This document shows positions 12,598-25,384 of a DNA stretch of 64,000 nucleotides, one piece after another. Origin of the DNA: Pseudogymnoascus verrucosus (taxonomy: Eukaryota); NCBI GenBank assembly GCA_001662655.1, contig KV460251.1, one strand, 5' to 3'. Numbering within the stretch: the stretch's first letter is position 1; every line of letters starts with the position of its first letter. A model generated the notes under the pieces. The model was not told where the DNA came from. It was given only the letters and a program-made list of their open reading frames with translations, and searched no databases. Position numbers and translations under genes: made by a program.

Positions 12598-13392
12598 CTA
12601 CCAGCCCTGCCTCTTCATCTCCTTAACTCTTGAAACAGTGGCCTTGAACCCAGCCATGAACCTCCGCTGCCACCTCTCTCTCTTTAGTCTCTTCTTCTTC
12701 AGGCCGCCTCTCTCGTGGAACTTCTGGCGGTTGAAGTCCAGCTTGACCTTATTCCTAGAACAGCTCATCCCCAACAAATTAAAGCTCCGTCCAATATCAA
12801 CACCTCCAGCAACAACAACCGACCGGCCGGTCCTCGCATTCAGCCGCAACGCAGGCTTCGGTGGAACAGGAGCGGTGACGGACGCAGTCAGGTTGCTAAT
12901 CACATCCTTGAGATCGTTGTCGCTCACGTTAGGAGACAGCATGCGGTTCAGGTTTATCGACTTCTTGCTGTTGAGTAGGGAGTTGGCTCCGCGCTCTTTG
13001 CGGCCAGCGTTGAAGCCCGTCAGGAGATCCTGAGCAGCGCTGTTGCTGCTGATACCGCTATCCCATGAATCGGCGTCGGCGCTTTCAGACGATGTCGAGG
13101 GGAGGATGCGCGAAGATGAGCGGTTGCTGCGTGCACCTGCGGCCCAGCCAGGAGAGCTGGTCTGGGTGTCAGGAGAGTTTTGGGTGCCACGGTTGGCATT
13201 GGTAGGCGCTGAGGTTGGGTTTGATTGGTTCGAGTCTGCGATAAATCGTCTAGTAGAGGATGAGAAGGCTCGCTGCGAGAGTCTCATGGAAGATGTCGCC
13301 CATCTTGTCGATGTCGAGGGTGCGAGAATCTGCGCCAACGGAGACGCTTGGGAGCGCAGTAAAGCGTCCGCGGCTTTCCGGAGTTCCATCAT
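12598..13392 (-). CDS. MRP21: Mitochondrial small-subunit ribosomal protein bS21m
   Basis: Arg/Ser-rich presequence-like N-terminus. C-terminal S21 domain GRSVVV...QKFHERGGLKKKRLKRERWQRRF...VKEMKRQGW. Confidence 0.85.
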   Translation of the reverse strand: MMELRKAADALLRSQASPLAQILAPSTSTRWATSSMRLSQRAFSSSTRRFIADSNQSNPTSAPTNANRGTQNSPDTQTSSPGWAAGARSNRSSSRILPSTSSESADADSWDSGISSNSAAQDLLTGFNAGRKERGANSLLNSKKSINLNRMLSPNVSDNDLKDVISNLTASVTAPVPPKPALRLNARTGRSVVVAGGVDIGRSFNLLGMSCSRNKVKLDFNRQKFHERGGLKKKRLKRERWQRRFMAGFKATVSRVKEMKRQGW

Positions 13393-13748
13393 GGGTCTAG
13401 TGTAAAGTCAGTATCCTCTCGCACTATACAAATCAATTGAGACATACGAATTGAGCATTTCCAATCGCACGGAGTGGAAGCCCTTTGACTGCGGGTGGTG
13501 ATTGAGGTCAACGAACTTTTGAATCTTGGGATCCCGAGCCGCGCTAAAGTTAATCCGTGGTGTGGCTCGTGCGGGACCTGGCCAAACCGCGATTTTTGGC
13601 AGCCTCAACTTGCGACTACGACTCGCGACATTCTTCAACGGATATAAACACCTACGGATCTGAACTGAACTTGACTAGGTGCTTCTTTATTTGCGTTTTA
13701 AGAATCTACAGCATTGTACCAAATTAGCAAACCCAAGTTCACAGCCTC

Positions 13749-16352
13749 ATGGCGTACAATCCTTATGGGCGTAGGTTACCCTCCATTGGCCTGGCCTTCA
13801 ACGTCAGGCTGCGCACTTCATATTCACAGCTAACGTATTCCCAGAGGCTCCCTTTGGCCGCCCACCAGGCTTTGGCGCCTTCCCAGGTGCCCCTGGAGCC
13901 CCTCCAGGAATGGGGCCTCCTCCCAGTATGGGTAAGTTGCTCGCGTGCCCCAAACTGAGCCTCAAAAACTAACCCCAACAGGTGGCGCCCCAGGCATGTC
14001 CGCGCCCGGTACCGCACCTCCAGGAATGAACCAAGCGAACGCCGTGCAAAGCGGTCGACCGAGCGGATTGCCAGCGAGCTTCCAGGGTCCAACGGTCATG
14101 CCGAATATCAACTTCTCCGCGCCCGTTATACGCCTTGGAACAGGCCCGGCCAAACCATCTACACCTGTTGGTGGAGGCCCCGGAGGAAGGGATGGGAGGA
14201 GTGAGTCTGCAGGCGGTGGTAGACCGGGACTGGGCGCAGACAGGGGCTTGGACCCGCAGCAGCAACGTCAGGCGCTCAGGGACAGCATGATGGCGCTTGC
14301 CCCTCCAACGAAGGAGGAGATTGTTCGCACTATCTTCGTGGCAGGCATTACGGAAGGGGCTGGAGGGAATGAGGGTATCGAGCGTATACTGAGCTCTGCT
14401 GGGCGACTACGACGCTGGGACAGGGCCATTGATTCAGATGGGAAGGAATGTTCATTTGGATTTGCGCAATACGAGGATGCCGAAAGCTTGTCTACTGCGG
14501 TTGAAGTTTTAAAGGACATTGAGATCCCACTCAAGAAGCAAACACCAGATTCCAAGGCCAAGAAGGAAGACGGAGACGATAAAGACGAGCCGGCAAAGAA
14601 GAAGCTTCTCGTATTTGTGGATGACAACTCTCTAAACTATCTCGAGAACTGGCACTCCTCCCGAGGCGATGACCCTGCTGCCGAGCAGTCTCGTCTTGAC
14701 AATGCCCGCGCCGCACTCAAATCTGCGGTAGACTATCTGTTCAACCCAACCACGCGCGTCGAGACTAGCGACTCCAACGGCGATGTGAAAATGCACGACA
14801 ACGAAGACTCGGGCGACGCTGTGGAAGTAGTCAACATCCCCCTTGCCGTCGACGACGAGCTCGCCGATATCCCAGCCGAGATGCGCGAAACCGTCGCCAA
14901 AGAAATCACCGCCTTCCGAGACCGTAGCAACCGCAGGGACATCGAGCGCCTGAAGCGCGAAGAGGAGATGGAAGCAGCTGAGCGAGCGCGTAACGGCGCT
15001 GCCTCTCGTCCATCACGCCTTGCATCGCCTGGCCCAGCACCTAGTAGGCTCGGAGGTGATGCAAACAACATCCCTCTCGGTCCACGAGACAGGAGCATCA
15101 CAAACGCGCCTTCGGGCCCTAAGGGCTCCAACATCCCACGCGACTACCAAAAGGGTGTTTCGTTTGTCAACGGCAGTGGTACCAATGGCGCTGCATCAGG
15201 AAACGTCTGGATTAACCGGGAAGACGATGATGATTCGGCGTCTGACTCGGAGCTCGAACAGCGCCGCGCCTCCAAGCGAGCGGCCGAACTCGAGAAGCAG
15301 TACCTTGACCAAGAGCGAAGATGGCTTAACCGCGAGCGATCACGAACAGCGGCTGTGGAGCGCGAGAAGGAGCGTGACGAGGGGGAGGATGCAAAGGCAA
15401 CTGCGGCCAAGGAGAAGATGGCGCAGAGACTACGGGATTGGAATGACGACGAGCAAGGAAACAAGAGAATCGAGGAGTACTACTCGGACCGCAGCATGTG
15501 GAACCGTAACCGCGCGGCATTCAGGGCTAGGGAGGCGGCTGCAGATGCGGCTGACCGTGCAGACGAGGACATGGAGAGCGCGAGGGAGAGGAGCGAGAAG
15601 GAGGCTGCTAGAGGGATGGCAGATAACTTCCTGGACAGACAGGCTGAGGAACTAGGAGCGCGCGAGCCGGCTAGAGCGGCACAGCAACCATTCAAATTGA
15701 GTCTCGGAGCGGCGGCGCAGAAGGCTCAGAAGGCGACTACGACCCGGCGTACAGTTGCAGAGGTGGAAGGCCTTCTGGAAGACGAGGAGGATGCTACGCA
15801 AACCCAGCGCCGCCAACTTATCCCGATCAAATACGACGCATTGGCTGACCGAGGCGCTGGCCTCAGCGATGAGGAGCGCGAGCAGGCTGTCAAGGATTTG
15901 GCGGCTGAGATCCCTACGGACCGACAGGGACTGTGGGATTGGACGGTACAGTGGGAGTTTATGGACGAGAGCACGATCAAGGAGAAGCTGCGACCATTTG
16001 TGGAGCGCAAGATCGTTGAGTACCTCGGGGTTCAAGAGCAAACGATAGTGGAAGTTGTGGAGGAGCACGTGCGGAGACGTGGTGGCGCGGCGGAGTTGGT
16101 CGACGCGCTTGAAGGGGTGAGCTTACTTCTTTTTTTTTGTGTTTACCCCTCTATTTGTAACCTTACCATGTATTCGGCTTTGCGTCAACCCCCACCTCTC
16201 CCTACCCACCATCTAAACCCTGTTTTGTGGAGCACATACTGACTACCACGGTGTACCAGGCCCTCGATGAGGAAGCTGAAGTCCTGGTAAAGAAACTATG
16301 GAGAATGATCATCTTCTTCTCCGAGAGCGAGAAGAGAGGACTCTCGGCTTGA
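13749..16352 (+). CDS. SNU71: U1 snRNP-associated PWI/RRM protein (Snu71/Usp107/RBM25), 4 exons
   Basis: Introns 13771-13844, 13932-13981 and 16117-16259. RRM-like RTIFVAGI...FGFAQYED, an ER-rich region, and PWI domain LRPFVERKIVEYLG...ALDEEAEVLVKKLWRMIIF. Confidence 0.88.
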
Positions 16353-16787
16353 GAGATAGATTGGCGGTAGGTGGCGGATAGTTGGCGGACGATACCGATA
16401 AATGGCGGCAGATGGCGGTAGATGGCCATGGAGATATATAAGTGGCGAGTGCGGGGTTGTTTGGAGCAGGCCGGGTATAGTGTATAGATATATGGATTGA
16501 CACAGGGAAGGGCTGCATGAATGATGGTATTCCACATATATCCCAATCCCAACAGAGTGATGTAGCGGGATCAGATAGTTCTTTATATCCCTCAAGCATA
16601 TGGGTCTCAGAGTTTACCACCGTTACCACCGCAGATATGAACTTGTAGCGTTTGCATTGGTCGTGCAGTGAAGATCGTGTCCCTGAATCTCCGGTAGCTC
16701 CGTCATTCTCGCTGGCATCAAATACGACCGTGAGGCCGTGTGTGTGGAGTATGCGCGGAGTCTTTAGCAGTAGTGTGCAGTTAATAG

Positions 16788-16829
16788 TGGTAACTGTTAG
16801 TAGGCACATGGTAACTGTTAGCTGGCACA
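16788..16829. repeat. 21-bp tandem duplication (TGGTAACTGTTAGnnGGCACA x2)
   Basis: 16788-16808 and 16809-16829 differ at 2 positions. Confidence 0.85.
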
Positions 16830-17669
16830 GTATATCTGTAGGATGGTACTGTTCGGGTAGTATTTGGTAACTGGCTCGTACCGTTCCCATAAATCAGGGT
16901 GTGGGTACAGCGAATACATTAAGTCGTACGACCGATGATGTCGTTAGGGCCCGGTTTATGTCCGTTGCTCCAATCAGCGTGCGTCAATATTCCAAGGCAA
17001 ATATTCCAGCTTCAGTTACCAGCCTGGAAGGAACTCATGCCTGAGTTGCCTAGGAGTGTAAATATCTCTAGGGGTTTGCCTAACATCCGTATGCGCGCCT
17101 AACGCACCAGATAGGTTAATAGTCCAGGTTGGTACTTATATGTACTCGCCTCTTTTCAACTTACTCTCATCAGTAAAATGCAGGTGCATGTATTGCCACT
17201 ACAGTAGGAAGATGTGGCTAATAAATGGGAGGCGACCAACGGGGACATCCCATGGTGTGCCATGACTCCTCGAGAGTGCGCCGCAATGTTAATCCCGTGC
17301 CGGAAATCGACGATGTGATGCCTTATTATTCCCTTGAGCTCAAGGGTTCCTCCCCCCACAAAGAGAAATAGACCCATCAAATACATCGCGCCCGAAGCTT
17401 CGATTTCCCTGAAAAGAGGAAGCGAGAATCAAGAGTTGCGTAGATAACCTAACCTAAACCTTGTTCTAAGCTGCCTCCTTTTTAAAACGTCGTGCATCTC
17501 ACATATATCATCCGCCACGCCCAGACATTTCTATCACTCTCGCCCGTCTGAGCAATGAAGCCCTCGGTCAACGAGACGCGATCCTCTCTCTCTCACCGGC
17601 CACGATCCGCTCGCAGTGAACGTTGCCGCCTGTATAGCTATATCCGAGGCGCCCCTTCTCATATAGGCA

Positions 17670-19946
17670 ATGCCGCCCAGAGATTTGGAGAAAGTAGCCC
17701 TCCGAACCATAAGGCCGTCAGTGGCGGATAGCACCAGTGCTTCCGCCAGTAACCCCAGCCAGTCGACGCCCGAGTCCACAAGCTCTGACCCTCGCCTTAA
17801 GCACCACACCGATAAAGGGCGAGATCCGGGTCCCTTACCCTCCAAGCGACGACGAGTGCCTGTATCCATCACACGGAACGCCTGTGTAAACTGCAAGAAG
17901 GCCAGAGCAAAGGTATAGCATCCACCACCCTTCCCATTGCTTGCTACCCCCCGAGTCCAACTTTGGACTTCAACTTCGGTTAACGGGGCCGACGTCCCCG
18001 ACGCGAAGCTAACGTCTTATGCGTAGTGCGATGGGAATACGCCTTGTTTACGCTGCACGACGCGAGCAGAGACGTCACCTTGCGTCTACGAGGTTCATAT
18101 CAAGCACGCTAAAGAGGAGTTGATGAAACAGATCCGCGAGCTTCGCACTAAGAATCGACTGAGTGAACGAATCTTTAGGACGCTGCAGTCCAGTGAAAAG
18201 GCACCCGACATACTTCGCGCTCTAAGCAATGGCGAGAGCATCGAGAGCATCGCCGAAAGCCTGGGTCGCCCGGGGACGGAGGAACAGGAAGGGGTTTCGC
18301 CCATCGGATCCCCCTCATCCGCCGTTGGAGGCTCGGAGTATGAACTTGACGCCCAAGTTATGTCAGGGTTTTCCTGGACGACGGTGACCCACGACTCGGC
18401 CACATTCGATCATCTCTTCCAGCTATACTTCGCCTGGGTGCATCCCGTATCAACACTCTTCAGCGAAGGCCACTTTGTCGACGCGTATCAGCACCAGAGG
18501 CAGAGACACTGCTCATCTCCGCTCGTCAACGCCATGTGCGCCCTTGCGTGCCATTATCACACCCAATCCGAAGACAGCGAGTTAGACTCTGACCAGCTTG
18601 GTGCGCAATTTTCTGAGGCATTCCTTGCTGGTTTCGAGCCTGATGATAAGTCGATCACAACTATACAGGCCGCAGCCGTTATGTTCTTGGTGGAGCTTGG
18701 CAGGGGGTTCGGACTGCGCGCATCGTCATATCTCAGGCTTGCCACCGAAAGCATTGCTGAGCTGTCGGCTAGCTCCAACGATGAGCTGCCATATGTACTC
18801 AAGAAGACCATCCAAGGTATACGATGTCTAAACGTGTTAGTGCCCTTTGTTCTTATCCCAAATAGCCCTGCTAATCCGATCAGTGAATGGGCACAATCGA
18901 CCTTTCAGTTTCCCTCTATCTTAGGGTTTCGTGATGTTGAAAATACTCACGAGGATGCTACACATGATAAGTTGCCGTGGCATTTCTACCGATACGAAGA
19001 TGACCAGTGCCCAGCTTGGCCGAGTCTCCTCGCCACGACGAATCGAGAGAAGATAAAGCTCATTAGCATCATCAACAATGTGAGCATGATGATATGGAGC
19101 CCGCTATCCAATACCATAACGGCTCGCCACGTTTTGGAACAATATAGTAAATTTGTTGCCTGGCGACTGGCGCTGCCGCCTGTCCTTGGTGACGCCGAGA
19201 CGACCACCCAGGCTCTCCCACACGTCCTGTCCTTGTTGTAAGAACCAATCAAACCCTAGAAAGGATCAGCCCGTACTAAAACTTGAAGAATCCTTTATGA
19301 TTACTCCATTGTCCAACTCTTGTGCCCCCTACTTGAGTTGGAAGGCTTTCCCTCCAGGCTCGTCGATGAAGTCGTGTGGTCCCACGCACAACATGCTCTC
19401 CTTCTCCTGGAGCGCCATTACCGCTTGCACTACACGTGCCGCTATCAGCCGGCCCTGCAGATGTTCGTTGTCTTGAATATATGCCACCTTATCGCCCGCT
19501 TCTTCCCAGCAAAACCCACCAATGATCCATCCATTAAAGATGGATCTGAGGCTGTGACAATTGGTATTGAGGTCCTCCATGAGTCAAATGTTGGATTCCC
19601 AGCCGCTGGGGCGTTGCAGGAGCTACTCCGGCGGTCTGCCGTTGCCTGTTCGCTGAAACTTCCGCCGAGTCTTGACTATCTCCTAACGCAGCAGGGGAAT
19701 GGGCGTACGGCCCATTCGTATAATGATTTTATCGACGTCTGCACCCGCCCGAGTTATCACCAACCATTACGTGGCGTGCGTGAGAAATTCGACGGTAACT
19801 TCGCGGAGGAGTTTTATACTCAAAGTCCAGAATTTGGGTTTAGACTGCCGCCACCAGGGCAGCAGAGTCTGAGGGAGCTGCAGACCGAGTCGGATAGGAG
19901 TATCCCATATTTGATGCAGATTAGGAATTTGCTGAACACGAATTGA
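17670..19946 (+). CDS. Zn(II)2Cys6 transcription factor with fungal-specific TF domain (NirA/NIT-4-like family), 4 exons
   Basis: ACVNCKKARAK | CDGNTPCLRC...PCVY binuclear cluster split by intron 17913-18026. Middle region SWTTVTHD...HLFQLYFAWVHP...CSSPLVNAMCALAC. Further introns at 18836-18883 and ~19238-19288. Orthology to true nirA is not established. Confidence 0.88.
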
Positions 19947-20289
19947 AGAATGGCGGTTTGAAGGCGTCTAGGCTAAGAGGGTCGTAACGTCGTTCATACG
20001 TGGTATTTCTGGGGTTTCATTGAAGTTTGGGTAAAGTATGAATCGACAACAGTTGCTCGAATGGAAGACGCCTCAAGTGCAACTTATACCTCTAACTTGT
20101 ATAGCCATCATCTTGTGTTGTTGCCGGAAATTCATCTTTTCGAGGTCATGGGGATGGATTGTTCCTTGCGTTTCGACGATGGGGAGCTCAATGACACTGG
20201 AGCTCAGCGGGCTTGGGTAGATGTCAGATAGCGCGTTTGGATATGATAGATCCCTAACATCGCTTCCCCCAACGCCATCACAATACATG

Positions 20290-20912
20290 CCTCTTCGCCG
20301 TCGTTGTCGCCGTCGATGTCATAGTCGTCGCCGGTGCTCATCGTCGTTGGTAGTCATCGTCGGTAATCATCGTCGTTGGTAATCATCGTCGTTGGTAATC
20401 ATCGTCGCGGGTGCTCACCCTCGTCGGTGTTCATTGCCGTCGGTGCTCATTCTCATTGGTACTCATCCTTGCTCGTGTCCGTCCTCGGCCATGTTCATCC
20501 TCGTCGGTGTGCATCGTCGCTGCCGTTCATCGTCGCTGCTGTTCATCGCCGTCGTTGTTCATCATCGTCGGTGTCCATGATCATTGTCGGTGTCAGTGCT
20601 CATCATCAGTGTTCACTGGCAGTGTTCATCGTTGGCGTTCATCGTCGGTGTTCATCGTCGGTGTTCATCATCGGTGCTCATCATCGGTGCTCATCGTCGG
20701 TGCTCATTGGCGTTAGTGTTCGTACTCGCCGTGGTTGATCGTCGCCTTCGATCAGCGCGCCCGTTGTTCAACGTCGTCTTTGTTGATCGTCGCCGGCGTT
20801 CATCTCATCGGAGTTCATCGCCGGTGCACGTTGTCCCCTTTACCCATCGTCATCGCCGTTCATCGCCATCGTTCATCGCCGTCGCTAAACATTGTCGTCA
20901 TCGTCGTCGTCC
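20290..20912. repeat. Degenerate minisatellite, consensus ~CATCGTCGGTGTT (13- and 16-nt units)
   Basis: Directly visible units such as catcgtcgttggtaat, catcgtcggtgtt and catcatcggtgct, repeated roughly 35-40 times. Confidence 0.92.
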
Positions 20913-22172
20913 GACCGCTGAAACAGAAAGACTTTGCTCAACCTTCCCAGAGTGGCTCGCATGGTTGGCAATCCATCTAGTTGTCATCCGCAGCATGCCC
21001 AACTGTTGGCAGGGTCTTCACCTCGTTCCATAGTGCTTGCTTTGTCCTGTTTCGGTCCGGTGGCGTTTTGACTTGGACTCGGAATGGATTGTGGCGACAG
21101 GCAAACCTTTGCTTCTTTTAAAAAATGCGACTGTTAGTGATGCATCATTTGATCATTGCCGTCCAGTCATCTCCATCTCATGTACATAGAACAAGTTTAC
21201 TGAGGTCTGTCGATGGATCTGCTCTTGCTTGCCTAGGTCCTCTCATGCTCAACCTCGAGAGGCATCAGACCATCTCAACAAGCAGGTACGAGACGCCACT
21301 GTTTCAGTCCAACGTTCATATTAGAACATTGCCATAGGCTATAGATGACAATCACCTCATGACACCTACATGGTCGGAGTCAAAAGTCGATGAGAATACC
21401 CCTTTGTCTGAGCACCGGAGGTTCCTCCGCGAAGTTGTGTTATTTAGACTTGATACGGACTAGCGTCGCGGGGGAGGTAGATGAGGGTATGACATTGTGA
21501 GACCTCATGGGAATCATACGATGGGAAACACAACGTCTTATTTAGGAGAAAATGAATTTTCAAAATATCATCGCGATTTATGGAAATTTCTTCAATGGTG
21601 TGTAAATATCTCCGCAGTTTTATGATGCCTTCCTATGAACAAATAGTGATGGTTGTGAGAAAATGTCCTCCTCCCAATGCTTGTCTTTCTTCATCATAGC
21701 GTATCCTGGGAATCCAACTCAGCTCAGCTAAGCAATTACTTCATACCCTCCATCTCTCCGTAATGGCAAGATAGACAGGTGTATTAGATTTCTTCATTCG
21801 GAAAACCACCTGACCCGTCATGGTAGCCCAATCTCACGATGTCGCCACCCACTCGCTTCCACGTACGTCAGCCTCACCCGTCCATCTAGCCACCACCACC
21901 TTTCATCCTTCCCTCCGCATATCTACCAACCTCACCGTCCCCTCCCACTCCCACATATGGATTTAACATCCACTCTACCCATCAAAAGGAGTCTTTCTCC
22001 CTCAATGCCGACCAAAAACGCTATTATGCCCAATGCAAAAAAAAGTAGAGATTCACAGAGCAGCCTTCCACACAGCAACCCAGCCATACCCCCGGCATAC
22101 AATCCACTCTCCCTCGTCTTGCTGCCTTTCACCTTTCGCCTTTCATCTCGCAATTTCCCTCCCCTTTCCCAT

Positions 22173-25100
22173 CTATCCGCTGAACCTAAATCTGGTCGCC
22201 TCTAACCTTCCCAGACCATCGCGGGGAGCGACATATCTCCTGCGATAGGCGTTTGTGAAGTCCTGCAACAGGCTCCTAACACCCCTTAATGCCTCGGGTC
22301 CTCCATTAAGCTTCGCTCCAATACCATCAATCAGTCTCTTCGATTCCTCCGGGCTTACTGTCCCCGCCGGAAGCATCCTCACAGTCACCGCCACCCAACC
22401 CACCGCTGCCTCGGGCATCAGCTCAATAAGCTCCAGTAGTACGCCGCTACCATCAGCAAAACAGTCGCGTGGGAATGTAATCATCATGCCCGCCATCACC
22501 CGCTTCACAAGCTCCTCACCGTGCGCCACAAGGATGTTTCGCATGGCGGCCTGCACTTCTGGGGGGTTAAGCTGACCGGTCGAGACGGGTGGGTTGGGGC
22601 CACCGAAGGCGATCACATCGCGCAAGTAGTGCAGTGTCGCAGTAAGGGGCTCGCGCTGCTCCAGGGACAGAGCGCTGAGCGCTGCTTGCAGGATAGGGGT
22701 AAATAGCTCCGATGGAATGAGGCGGTAGGGGTAGTAGAGGACGGTGTCAGTGAGGAGGCGGAAGAAATCCTCGATGATATCCGGGAGGTCGCGGGGCTCG
22801 AGGCTAGACATCATACGCAGAGTGGTGCGTGACTGTGCTTCAAAGAAGGTGTAGATAGCGTCGGTGGTCGTGGGGCTGACGTGCTCTCGGTCCTCGGCGA
22901 ATTCACGAAGGATGGCGGCTGTAGTCCAGAGGAAGCATCCCTGCTTTGATTCAGAAAAGCCGAGGGCCAGCTTATCTGCCATAACTGGGAGAAGCGGCTC
23001 CATGGCGGTGCGGTAGGAAATAAACATATTTCTCCAGCAGCGGCAGACACGTTCGCAGATAGGCGCGCTCTTGATGAACGTCTGGACTATCTGTGCCAGC
23101 AGTGGGAATATCTTCTGGCAATACTGAACTGCTGGATCAGGTTGGCCATGGTCAACACGAGGAACAACCCATTGGATGAATGGGTTAAGGAGTTGTACGG
23201 CATCTATGTAATATTAGTGGTTGTAATAAAGAACATGGATTGGGCTTCATACCAGCAACAGCAAGCTCGCCGTCCTCATCCTTAGCTGCGTTCGCGTTTC
23301 GCATAATCCGTTCAACAAGAGGGTCGCAGTATAACTCCAGGAGTCCATATATATCATTTGGTGGCTGGACAGCCACGACCGACGCGACACCCTCCGTTAG
23401 CTCCTCTTGACTGATTTGAGGTAGGGCGTCAAGCGTATGGTTGTAAAACTTCTGCAACTCAACAACTTGTCCACTTAGCAAATGCTTGCAGTCAGTGCAG
23501 ATGAACTTCATCGCCATGGCAGCAGCCCGAATGATCTCCTTCGAATCCGCGTCGAATGACTTGACGATGTATTGGAACTGTGGCTCAAGGAATTCTGGGT
23601 GGTTGGACGTCCACTCAGTATACCTACCAAGGACCATGATAGCTGCGAAACGGAGCTTCTCGTGAGCAGGGATCTGCACCAGTATGGGCATAATCTGAGG
23701 TAAGATGATGTTCTCCTCTTTGTTAATCATCCTGCCCATCGCGCGCATAGAGAATAGCGGGGCCTCAAGTGCTTGCCAGTGGGGAACAGAATCTGGGGTA
23801 GCCAAGCTTCCATAGTTCGTCATCCAAAGCTTCAAGCACTCAAGTACCTTTGTCAGGCACTCAGTGACTCCCATCACCTCACAGCAGTCCTTGAGGCAGT
23901 CGCCCATAACATGACGGAACTCCCGGAATTTCTCCTCTTGCTCTCGATCACCGTCAAAGAGATCGAGGGAGTTTGGGTCGTCAGGGGTAGGGAACTCCAG
24001 TTGCTTGATCAGTATATCAACCAACTTCGAGTAGACGTCCACGCATTGCATCCGAGCTTGAATATATTTCTCCAGGACAAGATATTGCTTGAGCTCATAC
24101 CAGAATCTAAACGTAAGGCCGATGGCGTCCTTTTCTGTGTCTCTTGCGGCGCATTCGAGGATCGACTCCACGAGGATACGGAAGTGCTCTGGCTGTCTAG
24201 CTATCAGAAGACACCAAGCTTCTCCAGCCTCTGCGAAGAGGCGTGTGACTCCCTTAAATACCTCAGCATCCTCGGCTTCCGCAGCAGCAGCAATGCGAGG
24301 CCTCAGTAGGATAACCTTGGGCAAGAGTACTTCAATGGCCTGCATATACTCGTCCACGTCGCTTGTCTCCTTGAAAATGGTGCAAAGACATTCAACGGCG
24401 GAGTCAAACGAATCTTCCGTACCCAATGCTGCGAATATGCTGCTCAGTAGGGGAGAATTAACCACATCGGTGACTGGAATCTCTCGTAACCAGGAGCTGA
24501 CACACTCAAGGAGATGTGGGTTAGTAGATGCCTCAGCTACATATCATCAATCAGCTTGGGAACAAGACAAGTATCGAGTGAACCTTACCTGAGGACTGCG
24601 AGTAATCGATGAGAAGCTGTAAAACCACGGCCGCGTTGTTTCCCAAAAGCTCCTGCGTTCTCTCGCTGAGTTCTTCTTCCTAGTTGATCCGTTAGACTCT
24701 GACTCTGGTATTGTCCCTCAAATGTAGTGTCGGCGCAGACGCCATCAGGCTAGTTGATTTCGTTCCACATACAGACAAGGTGATTTTCCGTCCTTCGGTA
24801 ACTTCCTCCGGCAGGACTCTGAGAAATTCGAGCATGCACGCATGGCTTGCCGCGTCGGTTCCAAGCGTCGACACCACCATCGCAACAACATCCTTCCACT
24901 CAGTCATTTGTATGGCGAGAATGGCCAGGCAAACGCATAGCTGTGTTCGGATCGGCCGGGGACCCGGCGCATACTGCTTTAGGAATGCCAGCAGCTGTGT
25001 TCGAAGGTCGGAGAGCGCACCACGGGGTATTTGTGAGACGTCGTAAGTTATCTATGATGTCAGGACCGACCTTCAGTTCGATAATTATTCGAAGCATACC

Positions 25101-25384
25101 TTTCCCTTCAAGGTCGTAGCCGCAAAGACCTTCGCCTCAGGAGTCGCATCCGATTGAAGGATTCCTATCGCGACCGTCCAGGCCTCGACCTACGTAGGGT
25201 TGTTAGCTGGAGCCATGGCGGGGCAGTGCGGCGTGAACATCGCCGAGAAACGAACCGATTTCTGAAACTTTTCGAGAAACTCGTAAGCCTCCTTCTTCTG
25301 TTCCCTCGTCCCATCACGCATAGAGTTGACGGCGCTCAGGACCGGCGCAAAGGCCTGTTCCGCATTGCTGTTTGCCGTCGCCAT
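22173..25384 (-). CDS. MTR10: Importin-beta family transportin-SR / Mtr10, 6 exons
   Basis: KEAYEFLEKFQKS-VEAW...FAATTLKGK-ITYD...GPRPIRTQLCVCLAILAIQM...LEFLRVLPEEVTEGRKITLS...FREFRHVMGDCLKDCC...WQALEAPLFSMRAMG. Five canonical introns (~25190-25255, ~25052-25099, ~24680-24770, ~24537-24588, ~23203-23251). Confidence 0.92.

Noticed and set aside
16309..17386. Minus-strand ORFs of 193 and 76 aa between SNU71 and the Zn2Cys6 gene
   Set aside because: No recognisable motifs or codon bias, and one overlaps the SNU71 3' end.
20290..20912. Repeat array considered as CRISPR or as a real Cys/His/Arg-rich protein
   Set aside because: Eukaryotic context, no unique spacers and no cas genes. The ORFs arise from the repeat's lack of forward stop codons and mostly lack ATG starts.
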